A DNA stretch of 64,000 nucleotides from Candidatus Daviesbacteria bacterium (GTDB lineage: Bacteria; Patescibacteriota; Microgenomatia; Daviesbacterales; UBA10151), in the NCBI GenBank assembly GCA_016187025.1, contig JACPKM010000001.1:320055-384054 (forward strand), in the 5' to 3' direction. This document shows positions 48,872 to 58,406 of this stretch, one piece after another (within the stretch, counting starts at the first letter, position 1; every line of letters begins with the position of its first letter). The notes beneath the pieces are model-generated. The model made no database searches. It saw nothing but the letters and a program-made list of their open reading frames with translations, and had not been told where the DNA came from. Made by a program: the position numbers and the translations under genes.

Positions 48872-49785
48872 TATTCTTTCACCGCGACGTATAGATGATC
48901 TGGAGTACCCATCATTCCTAAATCATCTTTCTCCCTAATTCTACGATCGTGGTAAGAAGAATAATTTCTTAATGGTCCCAAACAGTGAAGTTTCATACCA
49001 AATCTGGCAAACTGTTCAATTAGTATTGGATCTGGAACAACAAGCTTATCATAGCTATGTTTTGGTACGATTAGCTCTCCTCCTATTGAAGTTACCTCAC
49101 AGGTAAGGTGTAAGGTACTTGTACCATCTGCATTCGGAACAGACCATCTTTGTCTCCTATCAAAGACATCAAACTCAATATCTCCATCAATAACCCTATC
49201 TGGCCAAGTTGTATCATACACTTCTCCAACAGGTGGATTATACCTTTCGCCCATGTAATCAAATACCAAAACTCCCCCCCGTTTTAAAGGTTTTCCCAGC
49301 GCTTCAATAAATTCTAAATGCCCGTCAGAATCTGTAACATCCCCCAGACTATTACCCATTAAAAAAGCTAGAGGAATATCGTGATTTTGAGCAAACCGAT
49401 CAGTATCTCTTATGTCGGTATTATATGTTTGTACTTGACCCGTATCTCCTTGACAAAAACGTTCTCGACCTACAGCTAAGCTTTCATGAGAAAGGTCAAC
49501 AGCTATGACTCTTCTTACGCCTCTTTCAAGTAGGGGGGAGACGTGTCTTAATGTTCCAGCACAAGGAGCATATACAACTTCTGGCATCTCATGATCGGTG
49601 AATTTTTGATAGCTACTCAATACTACTTTTACTTCATCTATGCTCAGATATCTGTCAAAATGAATCTCGCCTTCTAGATTCATAAGCGTGCGATTGTCAT
49701 AATGGGCCGAGACCATATCCTGAAGAGAGTGACCCTGAAAAGTAGTTTTATTTGATTGTTTTCCAGCTTCTAATAATACGCTCAT
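48871..49785 (-). CDS. class I SAM-dependent methyltransferase-like protein
   Basis: Motif I-like VVYAPCAGTLRH, acidic beta2 end RVIAVDLS, LKRGGVLVFD; start taken at ATG 49785 (1 nt after the upstream stop) rather than the ORF-track TTG 49824. Confidence 0.45.
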   Translation of the reverse strand: MSVLLEAGKQSNKTTFQGHSLQDMVSAHYDNRTLMNLEGEIHFDRYLSIDEVKVVLSSYQKFTDHEMPEVVYAPCAGTLRHVSPLLERGVRRVIAVDLSHESLAVGRERFCQGDTGQVQTYNTDIRDTDRFAQNHDIPLAFLMGNSLGDVTDSDGHLEFIEALGKPLKRGGVLVFDYMGERYNPPVGEVYDTTWPDRVIDGDIEFDVFDRRQRWSVPNADGTSTLHLTCEVTSIGGELIVPKHSYDKLVVPDPILIEQFARFGMKLHCLGPLRNYSSYHDRRIREKDDLGMMGTPDHLYVAVKE

Positions 49786-49786
49786 T

Positions 49787-51175
49787 TTATGAATATGTGA
49801 CCTCGGGCACATCTGCAAATACAACTGGTGCCATAACTGACATACCAGGTTTTATCTCTTTTCCAGAGCCTCCATGAGCTTTCTCAGACATGTATGTCAC
49901 AGTGCTTGAAACCCCAGCCATATGAGTTTCCTTCCTATGCTTTATGTACATTGGTGTTAATCTCATTGATCCCTGAAAAACATCGACCTCTCCGGTATCA
50001 GGTCTGTAGTATTGTTGAGGCATCCTACTTCTTAAGAATCTTTGAGCTATCCAAGGAGTATCCTGTCCAGAAAGAGCTTGTCTTAATGCTTCTACAAATA
50101 ACCGCTCATGATCCTTATCTTTAGGCATAACTAGACCTTTAGATTCTGTAGCTTCCGGATGGAAACCCGCACGTTTAATTACCCAAGAATTTCGCTCGGC
50201 AACGAGTTTGCTCGGGTTCATATCTTGAGGAGCTTCAACGTTTAAAACATGCCCTTCAATTAACCATTTATTAAGTAATTCTATTTGATCTGGTCCGTAT
50301 TTTTTCTCTTTTGCCATTAGTTCTTGAAACCAAGGTTGTTGGAATAAAACTAAAGTAGCTTTTGTTTCATAATGATAATTTAATGGGTTGTATGAAATAA
50401 CCTGAGGTTTTTGAGCAACATGCATGGCTTTATCTAGGCTTCCTGCTCGTTCCCATACATCCATATATCCAAACAGATAAACATTCGCCTGTTCAGGGAC
50501 TACCTTGTCTATTTCGTCTTTTGTCATTCCATCCAAACAATGAAGACCTCGATAGTCTCCTCCTAGTCTTCTGATTTCTTGACCAAATGCTTCTAACTCT
50601 GGAAGATATAATTTCCATTCCTGAGGATAAAATGCCAACCAAGGTCTATCAGCAAAGAAATTTACCCAATGCTCCATGTAGGCGCTTCTATCTAATCCAT
50701 ATCCTTCCATTAATGCAGGGATCATATAAGTTCCAGCTGGGCGTGTCTCGACCTCGGCAATCCCTCCAGTAAGAGTCCAGCTTCCATTGGGTTGTCTTTC
50801 CGAAGCTATAACCAGATCAGGTCTCATTAAAGTTATACCTCTCCTGTTATCTAAGGATTCTGGAGCGGATGGAATATGGGGTGGAACCTGGGCTTTGACA
50901 AATCTTTCTGCCAATGCTCTTTCTCTTACCGGACCATGTTTTAACAGCCAAGTGGAAAAGTTATATGCGTTAACTAAAACTTCGCCTAACTGATTTATCT
51001 CTTCCCCAAGTTTTACCGGTAATACAGTTGGTTCTATAGCTATACCCCATGGAACCTCCTCTCCTTTAAAAGAGAAGCCTGTTCCCTTAATATTTTCAAT
51101 TATTCCGGCTTTTGTAGGAGCTTTATATCCTTCCGGTAATTTAAATTGTTTTTCCTGATCTATAGTATTTGCCAT
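49787..51175 (-). CDS. hypothetical 462-aa enzyme-like protein (possible ATP-grasp/ligase-like fold; unassigned)
   Basis: First gene of a five-gene minus-strand operon; SD GGGAGG 7 nt upstream; no confident family motif. Confidence 0.35.
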   Translation of the reverse strand: MANTIDQEKQFKLPEGYKAPTKAGIIENIKGTGFSFKGEEVPWGIAIEPTVLPVKLGEEINQLGEVLVNAYNFSTWLLKHGPVRERALAERFVKAQVPPHIPSAPESLDNRRGITLMRPDLVIASERQPNGSWTLTGGIAEVETRPAGTYMIPALMEGYGLDRSAYMEHWVNFFADRPWLAFYPQEWKLYLPELEAFGQEIRRLGGDYRGLHCLDGMTKDEIDKVVPEQANVYLFGYMDVWERAGSLDKAMHVAQKPQVISYNPLNYHYETKATLVLFQQPWFQELMAKEKKYGPDQIELLNKWLIEGHVLNVEAPQDMNPSKLVAERNSWVIKRAGFHPEATESKGLVMPKDKDHERLFVEALRQALSGQDTPWIAQRFLRSRMPQQYYRPDTGEVDVFQGSMRLTPMYIKHRKETHMAGVSSTVTYMSEKAHGGSGKEIKPGMSVMAPVVFADVPEVTYS

Positions 51176-51210
51176 AAAAAAACCTCCCTTTTGGGAGGTC
51201 TCCTTTTTTT
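51176..51210 (-). promoter_or_regulatory. hairpin sequestering the SD of the 462-aa gene (GACCTCCC-AAAA-GGGAGGT followed by U7 and ATG)
   Basis: Perfect 7-bp stem containing the GGGAGG SD immediately 5' of the start codon. Confidence 0.35.
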
Positions 51211-51412
51211 AGGGTTATTAGGTTTTACCTAATCTGACCTCCCCTTAAAGTGCCCATAATAAGGCGCACCCATAGGAGATAGGTAAAGCAAATAATAACA
51301 CTTTGAATATTTAAAACTATAGTTTTATTCATATAACCTAGAGTATTTAAAGTATTTTATACCTAATAATAGCTGCTTGTCAATAGTTGGTCCCGCCTGA
51401 TATTATGCAAGC

Positions 51413-52732
51413 ATGAACAGAACTTTAATCTTAGATTGTATTGAAAAAACGGGAGAGGATGTCAAGATTTGTGGTTTTGTACAAACAAAAAGGGATCATG
51501 GGAAGATTACTTTTATTGATATTGTTGACAGAAGTGGACAAATCCAAGTTGTTTTAGGTGGAGGAAAAGGAGCAGGTCTGCATCCACAAGATGTTGTATG
51601 TATAACAGGTAAGGTAAACAAGAGGCCAGAAAACTTAGTAAATAAAAATATACCCACTGGAGAGATAGAAATTTACTCAGAAGAGATAAAGGTTTTATCT
51701 AAAGCTGCTGAACTGCCATTTGACATGGGAGGAAAAGATTTAGATTTACAGCTCCCAACCCTTTTAGATTACCGGTCTTTAACACTAAGACATCCAAAGA
51801 TAAAAGATATTTTCAAAGTTCAATCAGCCATTCTAGAAGGATTTAGAAAAGCCTGTCTAAAAAGAGATTGTATAGAAATTATTGTTCCAACTATAGCAGC
51901 CTCTTCAACTGAGGGTGGAGCAGAGGTTTTTAAAGTCGATTATTATGGTCATAAAGCGTTTATGACTCAGTCTCCTCAACTCTATAAACAAATGCTAATA
52001 CCTGTTTTTGAAAGAGTTTTTACCATAGCCCATGCCTATAGAGCTGAGCCTTCGGTTACCACCAGACACTTATCAGAAACTACCCAAATGGATTGTGAAT
52101 TTGGTTTTGTTGATTTTCAGGATTTGCTAAATTTGCTGGAAGAAATAGCTGTAGAAATGCTGACCTTTGTGCAAGAAAAATATCCTCATATTTTAGAAGA
52201 GTTTAAAGTATCAAAGCTTGCCACAGGCAAAATTCCTCGATTAAGGTTAAGAGAAGCACAAGAAATAATTTTTAAAGAATTCAAAAGAGACAACAGAAAA
52301 GAAAAGGATTTAACCCCGCAAGATGAAGTTGATATTTGCAAATGGGCCTTAGAAAAACATAATAGCGATTTTGTAACAATTACTCATTTTCCAATGATGG
52401 CAAAACCATTTTATACCCACCCTGATCCACAAGATCCCCAGTACAGTCTAAGCTATGACTTGCTTTTTAGAGGCACTGAAATATTGTCTGGTAGTCAAAG
52501 GATCAATGATTTTGAAATGCTGGCTCAGTCTATTCAAAAAAGAGGGATGGATCCAAAAGATTTTGAAATGTATCTTCAGGCTTTTAAATATGGTATGCCT
52601 CCTGAAGGCGGTTTCTCTTATGGAATGGAAAGGTTAACAAAGCTACTTCTAGGTTTAGAAAACATTAGGGAAGCCAGTTTATATCCAAGAGATATGGAAC
52701 GGGTTGATGTAAGACTCTCTAAAAAAGAGTAG
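51413..52732 (+). CDS. class IIb aminoacyl-tRNA synthetase (asparaginyl/aspartyl-tRNA ligase, archaeal-type size)
   Basis: N-terminal OB anticodon-binding domain, class II motifs (FRAEPSVTTRHLSE, GGFSYGMERL). Confidence 0.7.
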   Translation: MNRTLILDCIEKTGEDVKICGFVQTKRDHGKITFIDIVDRSGQIQVVLGGGKGAGLHPQDVVCITGKVNKRPENLVNKNIPTGEIEIYSEEIKVLSKAAELPFDMGGKDLDLQLPTLLDYRSLTLRHPKIKDIFKVQSAILEGFRKACLKRDCIEIIVPTIAASSTEGGAEVFKVDYYGHKAFMTQSPQLYKQMLIPVFERVFTIAHAYRAEPSVTTRHLSETTQMDCEFGFVDFQDLLNLLEEIAVEMLTFVQEKYPHILEEFKVSKLATGKIPRLRLREAQEIIFKEFKRDNRKEKDLTPQDEVDICKWALEKHNSDFVTITHFPMMAKPFYTHPDPQDPQYSLSYDLLFRGTEILSGSQRINDFEMLAQSIQKRGMDPKDFEMYLQAFKYGMPPEGGFSYGMERLTKLLLGLENIREASLYPRDMERVDVRLSKKE

Positions 52733-52767
52733 CATAAAAAATTCCAAATAGATTTATAGTTTCTCAG

Positions 52768-53700
52768 ATGAAGCATTATTTTTACTCTGCTGTCTTAGTA
52801 TTAAGTAGCATCTTATTTATTACTATTTTACCCATTGCTGTGCAATCAACCCAAGATTTGCTTATTTCTTATCAGGTTCCAGCTAATAACTCTGATGTAG
52901 CGGGGGTAAGTAAAATTAACCTTCCTCCTATAAGCCTCAATATCCAGGTTCCTTTTTATAGTGCCAAAGCAGTGCTTGTTAAAGATTTAACCTCAGGAAG
53001 CGTTCTTTATCAAAAAAATGCCAGTAGTAGACTCCCTATTGCCTCAACTACCAAAATAATGACAGCGCTAACCTCAAGTGAGTATTTTGCTCAGAACACT
53101 GTTTTAACAGTGAGTCAAGCAGCCAGTATTGGTGGTTCAACAACAGGGCTTTATAAAGGTGAGGTGATTTCATTTAGGTCTTTACTTTACGGGATGCTTT
53201 TGAACTCTGGTAATGATGCAGCATTTGCTATTGCTGAGAACTATCCAGGTGGGGTAGTGGGGTTTGTATCAGCAATGAATAAAAAGGTTGCCCAGCTAAA
53301 CTTAAAAAACACCCATTTTGATAACCCAGCTGGATTTGATAGCTCCAATCACTTCTCCTCTGCTTTTGATTTAGCAAAAATTACTGAGGAATCTTTAAAA
53401 AACTCTAACCTGACAAGGGTGTTTTCCACCAAAGACACAGAAGTTTTTTCCTGGGACAAAAAGTATAAACACCAACTGCATAACCTAAATAAACTTTTAT
53501 CTCAAGTCTCAGGGGTACTAGGGGTCAAAACTGGCTATACCGAACAGGCCAAAGAAAACTTGGTCACATTGGTTGATAGAAAGGGTCATAAAATACTAGT
53601 TGTTGTGCTGGGAAGCGAAGATAGGTTCGGAGAGTCAACAAATTTAATTGAATGGGCTTACCAAAATTTCACCTGGTCTGATCAAGGAATTGTTCAGTAA
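52768..53700 (+). CDS. D-alanyl-D-alanine carboxypeptidase (S11, PBP5-like)
   Basis: SxxK (ASTTK), SGN (LNSGNDAA), KTG (VKTGYT) motifs; N-terminal signal/TM. Confidence 0.75.
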   Translation: MKHYFYSAVLVLSSILFITILPIAVQSTQDLLISYQVPANNSDVAGVSKINLPPISLNIQVPFYSAKAVLVKDLTSGSVLYQKNASSRLPIASTTKIMTALTSSEYFAQNTVLTVSQAASIGGSTTGLYKGEVISFRSLLYGMLLNSGNDAAFAIAENYPGGVVGFVSAMNKKVAQLNLKNTHFDNPAGFDSSNHFSSAFDLAKITEESLKNSNLTRVFSTKDTEVFSWDKKYKHQLHNLNKLLSQVSGVLGVKTGYTEQAKENLVTLVDRKGHKILVVVLGSEDRFGESTNLIEWAYQNFTWSDQGIVQ

Positions 53701-54706
53701 TAGCAGGTACCAAAGCTACAAACTCCGGACCTTCAAACATAAAAATTGGTTGCAGATAAGAAGAAAATTCTTTTGAAGAATAATATGCCAAAGAAACGGA
53801 GGTGATCGATACTTTTGCTTTTTTAGGTTTTGAAATAATAATTCCTTTACCTGATTGTAAATCTTCAAAGGCTTGTTGACCGGTTTTGACAGGGTATGTG
53901 GCAAAGGTAGTTTTATCAATTGGCCAGAATTTATAATCAAGCTCAAAATAATCCTGCAGGTTTTTTCCGTTATCTTTGATAACGGCGTTTACCAAAGAGA
54001 CAGATGTTTGTTCAGAAATAACAGGTATTTTGTCTATATCCTCAGGCCATAAAGACACTTGAGCGGCTTGAGCATCAGATTGAGAGTCAGATATGGTAAA
54101 ATCCTCACCCTCTATTTTTAAAAAGTTAACTTTTGACCTGCCATTTTGCAAAGAGCTATCAGGTAGGTCTAGAGCCAGTAAAAAGCTTTTAAAGTTTAAA
54201 ACAAGTTGCTGGTCAGATTCAGTTATTTTTTGTTCTGATGATTTGGTCGCCTCATTTTTGTAAGTAAAGTTACCTGAATCAAGATTTACCGTTAAGCTTT
54301 GATTGTCTTGTGAGAACAAGTATTCTGTTTCAGATTGGATTTTAGGCTCAGAATTGATTCCAAACTTTTTTGCCAAACTCTTGGTTTTATCACCTGATAA
54401 GAAAGAGGTATACGGTTGTGGTATGAAGTAGACTTTCATTATCTTTTCAAATTTAGGAAATCCACCAGTGGTAGTATCCAAAGAATAAGAAAAATTTGAA
54501 GATGAAATATCTGAGGTAGGGAGTTTAGGGTATGGCAAAATGCCAAACTTGGTATCTGGTTTTTCCTCAACCGGAGGAAGGCTTGGTAAATAATAAAAGT
54601 TATACCAAATCTTGTACCCACTAAAACTAACAATACCTACAAAAAGAGTAATTGCAGAAATTAAAATTAGGTTTTTGGTTAAAATGGCAGTTTGTGTAAG
54701 TGTCAT
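53669..54706 (-). CDS. hypothetical membrane-anchored protein
   Basis: 345 aa, N-terminal TM helix, extracytoplasmic remainder with no motif. Confidence 0.35.
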   Translation of the reverse strand: MTLTQTAILTKNLILISAITLFVGIVSFSGYKIWYNFYYLPSLPPVEEKPDTKFGILPYPKLPTSDISSSNFSYSLDTTTGGFPKFEKIMKVYFIPQPYTSFLSGDKTKSLAKKFGINSEPKIQSETEYLFSQDNQSLTVNLDSGNFTYKNEATKSSEQKITESDQQLVLNFKSFLLALDLPDSSLQNGRSKVNFLKIEGEDFTISDSQSDAQAAQVSLWPEDIDKIPVISEQTSVSLVNAVIKDNGKNLQDYFELDYKFWPIDKTTFATYPVKTGQQAFEDLQSGKGIIISKPKKAKVSITSVSLAYYSSKEFSSYLQPIFMFEGPEFVALVPAITEQFLDQTR

Positions 54707-54795
54707 AGTCTATTCATGTTTCTAACGGAGTTCATTACGATTATATATACTGTTATTATACAGAAAATAAAGGAGGCTGATATAATACTTAACAT

Positions 54796-56214
54796 ATGAG
54801 AGTGAAAACAAGAATGGCACCATCTCCAACAGGCAACCTACATTTAGGCACAGCTTTTGCAACTCTTTGGCCCTTTGTATTGGCAAAAAAGGGTAGCGGC
54901 GGTGAGTTTGTTTTAAGAATAGAGGATACTGATAGAGGGCGTTCTACAAAAGAGTATGAAGAAAATATTATCAACGGACTAAAATGGTTGGGTTTTGAAT
55001 GGGATGAGGGTCCATTCCATCAGATGGATAGGTTAAAACTATATCAAGAGGTTACAGATAAGCTGATTTCTGAGGATAAGGCCTATTTCTGCTTTTGTAC
55101 TAAAGAAGAGCTTGAACAGGAAAGGGAAAATCAAGCCAAAGCACATCTTCCGCAGGTTTACTCTGGTAAGTGCCGCAATCTAACTATAAAAGAGGTAGAA
55201 GCAAAGAAAAAAGAGGGTATTCCTTTTGTGGTGCGGTTTAAGTTACCAGAAGATAGAGGCGTTGTTGAGTATGAGGATTTAATTCATCATACAGTTAAGT
55301 TTGACTCAGCTCTTTTAGGGGATATGGTAATAATGAGGCAAAATGGTATTCCTTTGTACAACTTTGCAGTTGTTGTTGATGATTGGGATATGAAAATTAC
55401 ACAGGTGATAAGAGGAGATGACCATATATCAAATACTCCTAAGCAAATTCTTTTTTTTGAAGCCTTAGGGGCAACTCCTCCGCAATATGCTCATTATCCA
55501 ATGATTTTAAATCAGGACAGGCAAGGAAAGCTTTCCAAAAGAACCGGCTCAACTTCTGTTGAGGAGTATAAAAAAGACGGTTATTTGCCGGAGTCCTTAA
55601 TTAATTATTTAGCCCTGCTAGGTTGGACTCATCCTGAGGGAAAGGAAATATTTGATATTGCTGAGTTAATAGAAAAATTTGATATTAAAGATATGAACAG
55701 TTCTGCTAGTGCCTGGAACCAGCAGAAACTTGATTGGATAAACGGGGAGTATATCCGCAAGTTATCAGATGAGGAGTTAACAGAAAGACTGCAAGATTTC
55801 CTGGTTGACCATCCGGCCAGGGAAAAAATTGCACCGGTAGTGCCCTTAATAAAGGAAAGAATCAAAAAATTATCAGATTTTATTCCTCTGACAGACTTTT
55901 TATTCGGCAAACCAGAATATGAAAAAGTAATTTTTGAGCAAGTAGTGGGGGATAAAAAGGCCCAGCTCCCAATGTTTTTATCCGAGATTAAAAGCACTTT
56001 GGAAAAAGCCTCTAGGCCTTGGAGTGCACAAGATTTTGAAAGGTCCTTTAGAGAGTTGGCAGAAAAACTTGGTCTTAATACCACCCAAATGTTTCAGCTT
56101 ATAAGAATAACTATTTCAGGCAAGAGCGTGACTCCTCCTTTGTTTGAAAGCATTCAACTGCTAGGAGAAGAAGAGACCATAAAAAGAGTAGAAATAGCAA
56201 ACAACCTATTTTAA
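54796..56214 (+). CDS. gltX: glutamate--tRNA ligase
   Basis: HIGH motif PSPTGNLHLGTA and KMSKS-type motif KLSKRTGS; 472 aa. Confidence 0.85.
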   Translation: MRVKTRMAPSPTGNLHLGTAFATLWPFVLAKKGSGGEFVLRIEDTDRGRSTKEYEENIINGLKWLGFEWDEGPFHQMDRLKLYQEVTDKLISEDKAYFCFCTKEELEQERENQAKAHLPQVYSGKCRNLTIKEVEAKKKEGIPFVVRFKLPEDRGVVEYEDLIHHTVKFDSALLGDMVIMRQNGIPLYNFAVVVDDWDMKITQVIRGDDHISNTPKQILFFEALGATPPQYAHYPMILNQDRQGKLSKRTGSTSVEEYKKDGYLPESLINYLALLGWTHPEGKEIFDIAELIEKFDIKDMNSSASAWNQQKLDWINGEYIRKLSDEELTERLQDFLVDHPAREKIAPVVPLIKERIKKLSDFIPLTDFLFGKPEYEKVIFEQVVGDKKAQLPMFLSEIKSTLEKASRPWSAQDFERSFRELAEKLGLNTTQMFQLIRITISGKSVTPPLFESIQLLGEEETIKRVEIANNLF

Positions 56215-56262
56215 TTTTTTACAGGCTTGTTAATTTAAATATCTTGTGTTAGAATTAGCCTC

Positions 56263-56592
56263 ATGGAAGACAGTCGTTGGCTAAGACTTATTACTGCAGG
56301 TTTAGTACTTGCGGCAATAGTAGTTGGATATTTCCTAATAACCGGCAGGTTTACAACTGATAAAAAAGATCAGCCAAAGCAAAATCAGCAGGCCACGCGT
56401 CCTGTACAGCAGTTTCAACCGAGCCCAACACCTTCTCCTACAGGTGAACCAGGTGTATCAACAGAATCCGGGCAAATGGGTGATTCTAGTGTTCAGAATT
56501 TACCAAACACCGGCTTTCCTATTGGTTTAGTGGGAATCTTTTCTGCTTCAGCAATGATTTCAGGTTATTACCTTCGTAAATACCCTAAATAA
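56263..56592 (+). CDS. small secreted protein with C-terminal LPXTG-type sorting signal
   Basis: N-terminal TM/signal; Pro/Gln-rich middle; C-terminus LPNTG + hydrophobic FPIGLVGIFSASAMISGYY + RKYPK. Confidence 0.5.
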   Translation: MEDSRWLRLITAGLVLAAIVVGYFLITGRFTTDKKDQPKQNQQATRPVQQFQPSPTPSPTGEPGVSTESGQMGDSSVQNLPNTGFPIGLVGIFSASAMISGYYLRKYPK

Positions 56593-56691
56593 TTTAAATC
56601 CCATATATAAAACTGTGGTATATTATACTTCGCACTCGCAAAACCTTGCCTTTTTTGCTATCGCAAAAAACGTAATTTCACGCCTGTATAT

Positions 56692-56765
56692 TGCGGGATC
56701 GTTCAATGGTAGGACGACAGATTCTGGATCTGTCTATCTTGGTCCGAATCCAAGTCCCGCAGCCA
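56692..56765 (+). tRNA. tRNA-Gln (anticodon CUG), CCA encoded
   Basis: Hand fold: acceptor TGCGGGA/TCCCGCA (U1:A72, G73 typical of tRNA-Gln), D-stem GTTC/GGAC, anticodon stem ACAGA/TCTGT with loop TT-CTG-GA, T-arm CTTGG-TCCGAAT-CCAAG, 3' GCCA. Confidence 0.75.
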
Positions 56766-57047
56766 AGTAGGGCACCCCAAAGTGACCGGAATGCCTATTT
56801 AGACTGATTAGGCTTGCTAAACCCGCCATTTCTGAACTAAACTTTCGGACGGCCAAAATACCCTCAAAACTCGGATATTGAGGCATAGTCCGGATGCTGA
56901 CGGCCTAAACAAAGAAAAGACCCCATTGCTGAGGTCTAATCCCAAGAGATTCTATTGCTAGAATTCCTCTAACCCTACAGCTTACGCCATAGAGCTATTT
57001 TTAATTTAGTTTAGTTTATGATATTTGTCAATAGGAAAGTGTTGAAA

Positions 57048-57629
57048 TTACTCTGTTTTGCCGGTGAGGAGAGCATCAATAATATCATGTGGCAAAGCAG
57101 CAGCATTAAGGAGAGCTTTTCTGACAATGCCGCCTGCTTCTGATCCTATTTCATCTGCTGCTTTAAGAGTTCCCATTACTGCACTCTTGGCCAGTTCTCC
57201 TGAATCCGCACCAATATCACCTGCTGCTTTAATTGCTCCTTCAACAGAGGAAATAGCCACTTCTCCTACATCTCCACCAACTTTGGAAGCAGTTTTAACA
57301 GCCTGTGAGGCTGCTTCCCCTGCCGCTTCTGTGGCATTTACTCCTGTGTCTTTTACTCCATCAACTACCCCTCTTACCAAACCTGTAACCCCATCAGTTA
57401 AGGAAGCTCCTGTTTGGGAGATAGTTTCCAAACCTTCACCTACCACATCATCAACAGTTTTAAGTCCTGTGGTAGCCACATCTCCTGCTCCTTGAAGAAG
57501 CTGTACAACATTTTCTTTTGCTACATCTTGAACAGTTGAGGCAACATTACCAGCACCTGAAATTACAGAGGATAGAGCATTTTTTAAATCATCAGCTAGA
57601 TTTGACATTGTTAATACACTACCAAACAT
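57048..57629 (-). CDS. low-complexity Ala/Gly/Val/Asp-rich repeat protein downstream of the SPFH gene
   Basis: Repetitive xGxxAxxVxD-like segments; co-oriented and near-contiguous with the SPFH gene; start ATG 57629 or TTG 57644. Confidence 0.4.
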   Translation of the reverse strand: MFGSVLTMSNLADDLKNALSSVISGAGNVASTVQDVAKENVVQLLQGAGDVATTGLKTVDDVVGEGLETISQTGASLTDGVTGLVRGVVDGVKDTGVNATEAAGEAASQAVKTASKVGGDVGEVAISSVEGAIKAAGDIGADSGELAKSAVMGTLKAADEIGSEAGGIVRKALLNAAALPHDIIDALLTGKTE

Positions 57630-57647
57630 TAAAATTTCTGTCAACGA

Positions 57648-58400
57648 TTATTTTTTAGATGCTCTTTTGACAAAACCTTCGAAGGCCCGGAGTATTTCCA
57701 GGGGAGTGACAAATACAATAGTATTATTCTTATCGGCAGAGAGCTCGCTTAAAGTTTGCAGGGTCCTGACATGCAAACCGCCCGCAGTCTTGGCAAGTTT
57801 TCCTGCTGCCAAAGCAATATTTTCCGCTGCGGCTTTTTCCCCTTCCGCCCGGATAATGATCGCCCTTCTTTCCCTTTCCGCCTCTGCCTGCCTTGCAATA
57901 ACACGTTTCATTTCATCCGGCAGGATAATATCTTTTAGTTCCACAGATTCCACTTTTATCCCCCAGGGGTCTGTTGCTTTATCTATAATCTTTTGTATTT
58001 TATCTGCCACCTCGTTTCTTTTGGATAAAAGGTCGTCAAGGGAAGTCTCACCCACCACATTCCGCATGGTGGTTTGTGCCAGTTGAGATACGGCATAGAA
58101 AAAATCTTCCACTTCAATCACTGCCTTGTTGGCTAAACTAATACGGTAATAAATCACAGCATTAACCTTAGCGGAAACATTATCACGGGTGATGGCTTCC
58201 TGATCAGGCACATCAACCGCCTTTACCCTTATATCTATCCTTGTCCAGGACTCTATAATTGGCCAGACAAGCCTCCAGCCGGGCTCCATCAGTCCCACAT
58301 ATTTACCAAATCTGAATTTGACCCCACGCTCATATTGATTGACCTGTTTGATGGAATAGAAAAAAAACAACAATAGGGGAAGCAGCAATAAAGTTTCCAT
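57648..58400 (-). CDS. SPFH/band-7 (stomatin/slipin-like) membrane protein
   Basis: N-terminal TM helix then SPFH core (ERGVKFRFGKYVGLMEPGWRLVWPIIE...DVPDQEAITRDNV). Confidence 0.75.
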   Translation of the reverse strand: METLLLLPLLLFFFYSIKQVNQYERGVKFRFGKYVGLMEPGWRLVWPIIESWTRIDIRVKAVDVPDQEAITRDNVSAKVNAVIYYRISLANKAVIEVEDFFYAVSQLAQTTMRNVVGETSLDDLLSKRNEVADKIQKIIDKATDPWGIKVESVELKDIILPDEMKRVIARQAEAERERRAIIIRAEGEKAAAENIALAAGKLAKTAGGLHVRTLQTLSELSADKNNTIVFVTPLEILRAFEGFVKRASKK

Positions 58401-58406
58401 TTAAGT

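Noticed and set aside
45618-51175. Horizontal-transfer island inferred from elevated GC (about 43-50%)
   Set aside because: Core genes such as recJ and ribosomal proteins show similar local GC (about 40-45%), so the difference from AT-rich membrane genes reflects gene type rather than foreign origin.
56766-57047. tmRNA or SRP RNA in the GC-rich spacer
   Set aside because: No tRNA-like T-arm/ACCA end, no tag-peptide reading frame ending in ALAA-type residues, and no GGAA-tetraloop helix-8 motif could be identified.
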